NCBI GenBank assembly: GCA_964035545.1
Contig: OZ037773.1
Location: 9,267,751 to 9,331,750, forward strand
From: Bugula neritina
Lineage: Eukaryota > Animalia > Bryozoa
Direction: 5' to 3'
Length of the DNA: 64,000 bases
Shown here: positions 47,101 through 57,810 of the stretch, piece by piece
Numbering within the stretch: the first letter of the stretch is position 1
Layout of the letters: every line of letters starts with the position of its first letter
Program-made: the position numbers and the translations under genes
Notes under the pieces: model-generated
The model's database searches: none
What the model was told of the DNA's origin: nothing
The model's input: the letters and a program-made list of their open reading frames with translations, nothing else

Positions 47101-50100
47101 ATTAACATATTATAGCAATTACTAATATTTAAAACATAAATGATATTCTGTTTCATATCTCATTTGCTGTTTGTATGTTTTGTTTGTCAATAATTTTTAT
47201 GCTGTGAATTTTATAGCCTTGTTAAATTTCGACGAATCCTTCCTGACCATAGACACTTGGCGTTCCTTGTATGAAGTGGTAAGTTGATGGAGGAATTTAT
47301 TATGTGCTAAAATGTGCTAGATTTTTATTAAGTCTTAATTCATATTGTAACAATTGGACAGCATTGACTTCTAGGGCTAATAGCCTGTGTATAACTTTTT
47401 TCTAAATGGATGACAAATAAAATGCTTAAGAATATAATAATTAAAATGAGTTGTATAATTATTTATCTAGAGCTTTGCAATAAGATTATATATATGTTGT
47501 TAAATTAAAGAGTTTACTACCCACACATTTGATTTTATAGCGTGCCACAGAAAAGGAAATGACAGAAATTCGAGATCAAGTGGAGACAAATCCCAAATGT
47601 GTTTTAGATAAGCCAGAGCAGTAAGTAACTTCTGCTCAGATAGTTGCCAAAGATAAATGCTGTTTAGAGAACTTAAAGCTTCTTAATTTTACTCTAGACT
47701 ATATAATAGCCTACGTGTAGCAAGTGTTGCTCAATACGAACAGCTATACTGTCTTTGTAGATTCCTATATAACTTAATATAATAACTTATACTGTCTTTG
47801 TATATTCTTATACAACTTAATATAATACAAGCATGAATAATACTGTCTTTGTAGATTCTTGTATAACTTAAGCAAACTTCCGTTTGGATTGGAAAGAATT
47901 CAATGCTTTTTACTGAGAGCTAACTTTGAGGAAGTACTGCGGGACATGACCTCGTTGGTGAAGAATATGACCTCAGTTTGCGATTACATGGTAACATCTC
48001 CACACATACACAACCTTCTGGCCTTGCTGCTTGCCGTGGGAAACTACCTAAATGGAGGTATAACATAGCTGTGTATTAGTTTGTGTTGTAGCTTCTACAA
48101 CTTTATATGTACACAATTAAATTTATTTCAAAAGTTTAGAAATAGATCATTGGAAATCAGCAAAAGCAAGCAAGTGCTTTAACTATATTTTGTCAACAAT
48201 TTATTAGAATTCACTCTACAAATTTTTAATTTCTTAATGGGATTTTTGGCTAAAAGAAGTTAAATTAATTTTATTTTTAAATTTGTTCAAAATTATTTAT
48301 GTAGACCTAACTTTTAGTAATGTTATTTTAGGAAATACACATAGAGGTCAAGCAGATGGTTTCACTCTAGACATTCTACCTAAACTGAAAGACATCAAAG
48401 GCAAAGTAAGTGATTTCTATTTTTAATAAGAAATACAAGCAATGCGTGTATGTGGGATTGTGAGCTGCTGAAAGTTATGCTCACTCTTTTCATTTCAATT
48501 TTTTTATTATTTGAAGTTTTTTATAGTAGAATTAACTTTTGCCAATATTGTCAATTTGAAATATGGAATTAACATAATATTATTACGTTTACAGCATGCT
48601 CAGTCATAATACAGTGTGCATTATATCCTATATACAGCTCAATGTATATACATGCTTAAAACCATTAAAGAAATCAACTAAAGCGTTAACGATAAAGCAG
48701 TTTCTATTGTTTGGATACAAAAAAGTTATGGGAAAAGTTTTTTAGCCTAATCAAACAGTTTATCTACTTTTAATTTGTGCAGTAGTCAAAGCTAGAGATG
48801 GGTGGGGGCTGGGTGCAATGGGAAATAAAATAAATACAATTTGTTACTTTATTTTGTAGAAACAGACCACATTGCTGAAATATATAGCGAGTAAGTACCA
48901 GTCGCTACACGGTACAGAGAAAAGGAGAGTAGAATTACCATTGCCTAGTCACAGCACGCTAGAAGCAGTTTCCTGTACCAACTATACTGAACTCAATGAG
49001 CAGATGACAAGTTTAAAGTCACAGCTTTCTGGTATGTCACACACTTCCCCTACGTCTATAGTAAATATGCTTTGCTGCTTTAGTATTATATAACTTTACT
49101 ACATACCTATAGCACAATTAAGATTCACACCAGCAACATTTAGAAGGTATAGAAAAAAATGATATTTTCAAAATGTTGTTCTTCAAATTGATACAGATTT
49201 GAACACAATATTATACATTTACTAAATGGTCACTCAATGGTCAATTGTTGTGTAAGAAAAATATATTATTATAAAGTGATGAATAATTACAGATTGTGGT
49301 GACCTGATGAGCAAGGTCAAATCTACCCTCTCCGACCAATCATGTAACGAGTTATTCTACAACGTGATGTCAGAGTTTGTGATGGAAGCTAATGGGGAAG
49401 TCACAGCTCTCTGTCAAACTGTCACAGACAGTAAAGTCAAGTAAGTTACTTATATTTTAGTCTTATCTTTTTATAACATGATGCAATAGAATACTACGAG
49501 TATAATATAATATAATATAAAGTATCATATATAGTATATAGTATATTATAATATATTAAAATATAATTTATGATATATAATGAAGTATAATATAATGTAA
49601 TACATCCTGTTATACTATAATATGATTTAACTGGACAAAGATATGAAATAATATAAAATGTTTCATTTTTATATTTATATAAGCACTTCTTGCTGAATAT
49701 TTTAAAATACCCACTGGGTGTATCTTATTTAAAACTCAACAGTTACCACCCTTTATGTTATGCCAATGTTAAATTATTTACATAATATCATACTATATAA
49801 TACTAATATAGTATATAATACTCTAATATACTATATAATACTAATATATACTATAATACTATAATATACTATAATATACTAATATACTATAATACGTATG
49901 CATATACAATACATGTACAGGATATAATATTATTTTTAACTTTAAATTTAGCACTGAGTTTGGGGTGACTGAGTACAGTGTCTGTATAGCTGCAAACTTG
50001 AGACCTCTGAACCAATGCACTCAGCTATCACAAACCCAGTGCTGCTTTTAGCCATTTATTACACGAAATTTAAATGATTGTGTTTCTTCATACTTTTAAA

Positions 50101-50472
50101 CAATTTCAATTCTTGATGAATATTACACTTCTATATTAACAGCAATTAAAAGTGCTTATACTGCATAGAAGAGCTATGAGTCACTTTTATAACTACAGTG
50201 GCTACTATCACACTGTATGATTGAGTAAAATATTTATGACTCTGTCGTAGTACTTTCTGTTCTCCAGTTTCTGCTATTAAAGTACATGTGTACCTGTGGT
50301 TTACAGGTTTGCTGAGATGTGCAAGTTTTACTCTGCACCAAACGTGGACTGGAGTAAGACAACTCCTTTTCAGTTCTTTGAACCTTGGAAAACTTTCAGT
50401 AAAGACCTGATGCAGGTTTGGGATTGCAAAGGGCCACCAGCTTTACATTCAAGAGTTTCAGCCTTCTTTTAG
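35118..50472 (+). CDS. FMN: Formin of the FMN/Cappuccino subfamily (DEP-like segment, minimal FH1, FH2); 5' start unresolved
   Basis: Phase-compatible exons 35118-35152, 36175-36286, 36727-37181, 38216-38487, 41924-42001, 42325-42500, 43282-43506, 43854-44012, 44372-44622, 44923-45052, 45475-45673, 46096-46171, 46326-46440, 46732-46870, 47217-47278, 47541-47620, 47855-48057, 48332-48405, 48860-49031, 49293-49440, 50307-50472. FH2 motifs [62 protein letters not shown] are typical of FMN/Capu. The FH2 part is firmer than the 5' exons. Confidence 0.85.
38529..38660 (+). mobile_element. tRNA-derived SINE copy (degenerate)
   Basis: Similar to 57080-57205: tRNA-like head, aaggtcatgggtt, then attggtgatg..aagagcatccagt. 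Confidence 0.65.
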
Positions 50473-50588
50473 TTGGAATTATCTGGCTAAAAGCAGCACT
50501 GGGTTTGTGATAGCTGAGTGCATTGGTTCAGAGGTCTCAAGTTTGCAACCATACAAATACTGTAATCAGTCACCCTAAACTCAGTGCT
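49950..50588. repeat. ~105-bp inverted repeat pair (49950-50054 / 50484-50588) bracketing the last formin exon
   Basis: The left arm agcactgagttt..cccagtgctgcttttagcca is the near-perfect reverse complement of the right arm tggctaaaagcagcactggg..aaactcagtgct. Confidence 0.9.
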
Positions 50589-51689
50589 GCTTCTAGTAAT
50601 ATTTTATCATTTAATTGGTTAATTGAATTCTTGACACTGCAATTACACCATGAGAAATTGCAAGTTAACAAACTATTTTAGCAATGTTTTTTATGAAAAA
50701 TTCTAGCATTTTATATATATTTTATAGAAGCCCAGATTACGACAATTTGTCATGAATGACAATATTTTCAGAATTGACACAATTTAATCAATATAGTTAA
50801 TAGGTATCCTTCCAGTATTCATTTTAATTAGTAAGCACAGTCTAATTGCTTGTCAATCACAGGTAACAGTATTACAGCCAGTTTTGTGATTTTGAATGAT
50901 TTGATTATTTTTCTACAACTAGTTGCATGATTTTATTTAATTTTTGCATTGGAATTTTTTGTGAAAGGACTGTAGCAAATAATTGCTAATAACTATGATT
51001 TTTTATATTTATATTATTTATAATGAATAATAATAATGTTTAATGATTTACTAGGCATGTTTGGATAATTTTATACTATGAAAATTTAATAAAAATGATG
51101 TTCTCTAAATTACAGAAAATAATATTTCGTATACTTTCTAGTCAAAAAGTCAGAAATAGAAGTAGAAAAGAGAAAAGTAATGTTAATATTTTAGAGAAAG
51201 AGCTACCTGTATGCTCTAAATAGCTTTAGGCTTACAAATACTAATGAAAATAGTTCTCTATAAATTAAGTGCAAAATTATATTGCATACTTTGTAGCTAT
51301 GCTATAGTAAAATTTGTTAAACTGCAAAGAAAAGATATTAGCCCGATAGTTTTATTATAGGCCTATATAGAACTGACAGAAATATAAACAGTGACCTTAT
51401 TGATAAACAATTAGTCTGCTTTTATAAAATCAATAAATGCTTTGTATTCACTCTCAGATCATTAATATACAGTTATACTATTGTTCAACTAAGGGACAAT
51501 TGCACAATTTGAAAAGCATCTATAAAATATGTTCTTTAATAATCATAATTGAGCAAACATACAAATCGATTAGTATGCATCTCCGATGAATAGCAGCATG
51601 AATTTTACTAACTAGTGTAATATTCATAGTACTACACAGACAGGGTGAGTAGCTGTTTAATCACAGGAAGTTAAGCTATCTTTTTAGAA

Positions 51690-54600
51690 ATGTCTGTCAG
51701 TCAGATTCAAAATCAACTGAAAGGTGCTTTAGACAATGCTGAGGAATTTGAAAGACGGCTGTTGGCTGTGTCACCAGAAGAGAGGGTTCGGGTTTTAACT
51801 GCAGATTATGGAGATCATAGATGGACTGTAGCGCACCGTGTAGCTGGGAATGGTCTAGTGCAGGTGATGAGATGTATTACTAAGAACATAACCGTACCAG
51901 AACTCCTAGACCTTCTGGTGACTTTAGATGAGGATGGAAACACACCTGTGCATTATGCCGCCAGGGGAGGTCATACCGAGACATTACAGTGTATAACAGA
52001 CTCGCTGCCAACAGAAGATCTGTACAGAGTTTTTGCTATTAGAAATGAAGAAGGCGACGCACCTGTGCATTGGGCTACTAGCTTTGGTCATACGGCAACA
52101 TTTAGTTGCATAATGAAGTCTGTGCCAGCCATAAAGTTAGCTAAACTAGTGGGAAAGCAGAATGCAAATTGGATTACAACTCTACATCTTGCTGCAGAAT
52201 ACGGTTATATGGAGATTGTAAAGTGTATGGCGGAACTTCTATCAGCAGAAGAGTTTTGTAACCTGCTGACCATTCAAAACAAGAATGGCAGCACACCGCT
52301 ACACTTTGCTGCTAGGAAGGGTCATACAGAACTAGCTAAGTTCATGGTAGAGTCATCCCCGACTGACATGCTGTCTAATGTCCTTATCATACAGAACAAA
52401 GATGGCTCCACAGCTGTACACGTCGCCATAAAGAACGGGTATACTGACGTCACTAAATACCTGATAGAATCTGTACCTACAAATGGGTTGACAACTTTGC
52501 TAGTGAAACAGAATGACTGTGGTGACACAGTTTTACACATGGCTGTGAGGAATGGTCATACAGACGTGGCCAATTACATTCTCAGCTCCGTTAAAGCAGA
52601 TGACATGCCTCGGCTGGTAAGTGTTGAAAACAACCAGCATTCTATACCACTTCATTACGCGGCAATGAATAACCAAGTGGAGACAATTAAATACGTAATA
52701 GAATGTGTAACAGGAAGTAACCTGTTCAGCATCTTAGCTAAACCAGATCGGCACGGTCACACAATCTTTCAGCTAGCTGTAAAGAAGGGTTACGTAGAAA
52801 TCGTGAGATGCATTCTTGAATCCTTGCCAACAGATGAGCTGGAAAGAATACTTGGCAAACTTGACAAAAATGGAAACACTGCAATGCACAGCGCTGTTAT
52901 GTATAATCACATAGATGTAGTGGCTTGCATACTAGAGACTGCATCTATGCCTGATTTGCTGAAGTTACTTTCTCAACAAAACAGAGAATACAACACTTCA
53001 TTGCATTTTGCTGCAAGAGATGGTTTCACAGAAACTTTCAAACTTATAGCAAAGGCGATGCGGCCACAAGATTTCACAAAGCTTCTTAGACTTAGAAATA
53101 ATTCTCGTGAGACAGTGGCTTACAAGGCTTCAGAAAATGGCCAGGAAACAATACTAGAAGTTATCTTATCTTTTGTCCCAAGAAATAGTTTATGTGACTT
53201 GCTTCTCATACCAGACATGTTTGGTTATAACGCTGTCCATATCTTGGCTTCAAACGGCTACACTGCCATGTTGAATACCGCTCTCAGCAACTTGTCACCC
53301 AGAGAAAACTTGAAGGCTTTAGCTGTAAGGAATTCTAACGGCAGAACTGCACTTGACCTAGCAAAGATAAGCAAACACTTTGAGGCTACATCATTTCTCC
53401 AAAACAAACAAAAAGAAATGGAAAAGGTTGCAATAGGTATGATTGTGAATAATAAAAATTAAACAGAATCAACTTAAGGCCTTTCACTAGTCTATGAAAA
53501 GGTCAACCTAAAAAGGTTTTGTCTAATATTGTATCAAATAAAAGCTAAGAAATATTTACGTTTTGTGAAGACCGTTTTAATTTTTGAATACCAATTATCA
53601 CTAACAAGCCATAGGAAATTATTTATTTGATTCAAAGATATAAGTGGGATAGGTGAAGTAAACTCTTGGAATTATGTTATCGGTATGCATAGCATGTCAA
53701 CAGAAGACTTCTAACAAAGTATACTAATGAAATATACTAACAGAAATAATAAGCCAGCAGTTATATAACAGGAAATGCATTATCAGTTTTTAAACATGTA
53801 GCTTGCAGTTTTTAAATCTCTTCGTTTCGAAATTTAGTGGCGTCTCAGCAAAAAGTTACAGATAACATGTCTTATCTAAGTGAGACAATCACAGATGAAG
53901 AAATGATCAATACATACTTAGATGAGACAAACACAGACGTGGACATTATTAACCTACCTTTGAAAGCATGCAATCATTCAGAGACTAAGGAGATGTATCA
54001 CTGCGGAGAGGTATTCTAGCTGCTATATCTCTCTTACTATATATTGGAGCTTGTATTAGATAGAGTTTAATGACATTGAAAACATTTTATTCGTTTGATT
54101 TTAGATTATTATACCAAAAGGTTTGGTTATAGCTAGCACTGAAATATTTGAATTTTATAAATACATACATACAGTTTGTACTTGTTCTGTAGAGATATTA
54201 TCAAATGACATCTCCCACCAGAGGAAGGTGTCTTATCATCAACAATAGAGACTTCGAAGTTCCCTCTACACCAGACCAAGTAGAACTTGATAAGAGACAA
54301 GGTTCAGATGTTGATGTGGCAAACATTGTCAATGTCTTTACTCAGCTTAGCTTCATCTGTGAAGTTCACACTAACCTCACCAGTAAGGTAAGCTAAGTTC
54401 CCACTAACCTCTCTATTAAGGTGTGTTCCATTTTATTTTATAAAAATTTTATTTTATCGGGAATATTATCTCAGTCACTGTAACAATTGTGAATGGAAAG
54501 CTTATGACAAAGTGATCAGAAAAGCTATTATTTAGGAATCATGTGAAGTGCTATTATGATATTAAAAATTGTTACTGAGGTTAAAAGAGCCATCGTGCTG

Positions 54601-56438
54601 CAGTGGCTGTTGCATTTCTTTGGAAAGCTCGTAAGCCGCTGCTGCTATAATAACAATGTCCAATGAACAAACCAATATTCCATCTAAAAGAATCCACATC
54701 ATTAGACAACACAGAGATCATTTATTAGGTTAAAGAATTGAAATATAATAAATGTGCATAATATTAAACTAATATATATTGTGCTGAGTTAGCTATCAAA
54801 TAATTTGATCTTAGAAATTGAAGTGATTGCAGAAGGTAAGTCTTTGAACACCTTCTAGCTCAGTATTACTGGTTGAATTCTGATTGTTATCCAGAGTGGC
54901 CAAAATTGCAACAGTGCTTAATATTTTTTTATAGCTATATTCCTACTGCATAGTGATGTTTTGCCATTAAATGAAAACCAAACAATTGAAAACCGTTACA
55001 GGAAATGTTGGCTGTGGTGAAACAAGAAACCCAATGTTCAGAGTATGAGGCGTTAGGGGTCAGTGCCTTAGTAATCATGTCACACGGAACCAAGAACCAA
55101 CTCTATGGTATAGACAACTGTCCTGTTCAACTTACAGACCTGCTCTCTCTCATTTCTTCAAATGCATTCCAAGTGATGGCCAACAAGCCTAAGATTGTTG
55201 TTATCCAGGCAGACCACAGAGGTATATCTTGAAGCTGTAGAATGCTAAACTATATTTGTAAGATTTTCACACTTTTAAAAGAATTTGAAGCCTATTGATA
55301 TGTATTTAGAGTGCATCCTATAGAAAAACTTTTCATCTCCGCTTAAATGTGTAATTATATATGCTAGATCGAGTGCATATTATAGTATAGATTTTATCTA
55401 TCATAGACTGCAGATCTGATTCTTTAGATTCCTGTACCGATGAATCTCCAAATTCTAGTGAAGCAATTCAACAAGCTGCCGAAAAAGAATCAGAGCTTTT
55501 CTCTGGAGAGAACTTAGCTACTGACGACTTGTTCTTGTTGCAAGCAAATTCTACAGGTAAGTTTAAACTAGCTTACAATGATTGACCTGTTTTATGGTTT
55601 TGGTACACAACAGCACAGTTGCAGCAATATCTTATCCTTCCATCTATTCCATTTTTAATAAAAATCAACTATATTATAGCAAAGAACAAGTTCCTAATAA
55701 CTAAACATTTTGGAGCATATAGGTTGTGAAAGCTTATACAAGTGTACATGAAATTACTTTCACTGATAAGAAATCACAGCTGAGTGGTTCAAGCTGCAGT
55801 TCTTTAAATTACCTCCTTATTATAATATTGTTAATTAATGTTTATACAAATTAATATAATATTAGAGTAGTGGAATATTTACTTATAGAATGTATCAAAA
55901 TATTATTATCTGCTCAAATTGCATAATAATTGTTATGTAGGCTATTACTCAGCTAAATTATGCAAACATAGTTAAAGCTAATATCAAGTTAGTACAGAAC
56001 TTACTGTCTATTAAAAAAGTAGAAAATATTTTTAGAAATTAAACTTCTGGTTATTTTCTACATGCAGGTTGTTATTCAAAGAGACACCAATTTCAAGGTA
56101 GAATGCTGATCAGAGCTTTAGCATGTCTTCTATACAGACATGCCTGTGATAGAGACCTGGAAACCATATTCCAGCAGGTGAAATGTTTGATCTGGTGCTC
56201 TCTAAAGATCTGTGATATGTAAATGTAGAGGCATATATATATTTGCTCTTTCTATACTAAAAAGAATGTTCCAGCTTTCTACAATCAGCTGTGATATTAA
56301 TTTTAGGTAAAAGATATACTAGTTAGAAAGAATGTTGATTCAGAGAGAAGAGGCAGGCAACAACTAACTGCTATCTGTTTTCCTACAAAAGAAAGAAAAG
56401 TTTTCCTATTTCCCAAAGTAAAAACTTCGCAAAGCTAA
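51690..56438 (+). CDS. Ankyrin-repeat/caspase fusion A, ~908 aa, predicted catalytically inactive (QAD instead of QAC)
   Basis: Exons 51690-53436 (14 ANK repeats), 53838-54010, 54193-54387, 55002-55221, 55407-55556, 56068-56177, 56307-56438, all in frame. Caspase motifs YQMTSPTRGRCLIINN, KRQGSDVD, IMSHG, KPKIVVIQADHR, YSKRH..GRMLI, VFLFP. Confidence 0.88.
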
Positions 56439-57079
56439 AAATTTAAGCCTTCTGTTCAATAAGCAATGATGGTCTGCAATTATGATTTGTACTCAATTAG
56501 GTCAGAGAGAAAATTTAGAAAAAAAATAAGTTAAATTTTGCTTGACAAGTACCTAAAAATTATTTTAAAATGCATATTAGGAGCTGTTAGATTTCAACAT
56601 TATTATCGATTAAATATTATTTAAAGTAATTTATAACTACATATTTTCCATAATATACAAGTAACATTGCTGTATTACTTATATATTATAGGATGGCTGT
56701 ATAGCAATATAATGTAGCACGATTATAATATTAATAGTTATTTCATGTTATCTATAGTGCATTTTCTGTTTGTTTTGAATTAAATATTTACACTATGGAC
56801 TTTCTCTGTTGAATCCATTATGTTGGTTAAATATCCTATGCTATATAACTTATAATTCATAATTTGTTTTGTTTTTCTATTGTTGAGCAGATACTGCAAC
56901 CTAAGTAGCTGGGAGGGAAATTTTCAGTAAAATTGAAAAAGATGTACATAGTAAACTAAACAATAATAGTGGCCAATGTACCAAACATGTAGATAATTAG
57001 CTATTAAATGCAATAATGTTATTTACAATGGAAAATACTATTATATTAATTAATGCACTTCAGTATAGCCACACAAAGA

Positions 57080-57205
57080 GGAGCAGTCATGGTCTATGGG
57101 TTAGAGCATTTGCCTAGTAAACACGAAGGTCATGGGTTCGAGCCCAGACAAAGGCCATTGGTGATGTTAGTTTAAGAGCATCCAGTCATAATTACTCCTG
57201 TGCCT
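57080..57205 (+). mobile_element. tRNA-derived SINE between the two ANK-caspase genes
   Basis: A-box-like tggtctatgggttagagc, anticodon-loop-like ctagtaa, B-box ggttcgagccc, followed by a non-tRNA body shared with the 38529 copy. Confidence 0.7.
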
Positions 57206-57810
57206 CATCTTAATAGTCCTGATTTAAAAAACCCTTTCTATCAGGAGTTTTCTCACTCGGATAGCAACTATAAACTTCCTTAAGAGTGAGTGAGAGTATA
57301 GCTTACATGAAAATCAAATGTTGAGATATTTAAAAAATGCTATAGTTTTATTCACTATAAACGCACAGGCATATACATATATTTGTAATATATACTGTAT
57401 ATATATATTTATGTATACAGTATAAAGAAATCAAATGGACATATTTAATGACTAACAGTAATAAAATACTTCAATAGCTGGGCCAATGCTCAACAGTTAT
57501 AGAAACCACATGCTACACTCAGAACAATTATTATGAACAATATGATTTGATGAACTAAAGAATTCAATAATTTATGTAATCAATTGTTATTTGTTTTTTG
57601 TACTACAAGAATTGCTCTTATTATAGCTGATCAGATTCAATTGTTAACAGCAAATATTGATATTCCCTTTTGTATTGACAATTTTTATACCACTAGCACT
57701 CCAATGTAAACAGCTTAAAGCTATGTTGGAGCTCGCTAGTACAAGAGAACATCTATGACTGGGAGTAAGTTGCATGTCATGGATTAGAGTAAAACATTTG
57801 AAGAAACAAA

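Noticed and set aside
51690-53462. ANK ORFs as complete single-exon genes or bacterial contamination
   Set aside because: Both have a phase-1 GT donor at the equivalent position, splicing in frame to intron-containing caspase exons.
57080-57155. Functional tRNA-Thr gene
   Set aside because: Acceptor stem pairs poorly, and the sequence continues into a body shared with a second degenerate copy, so it is better explained as a SINE.
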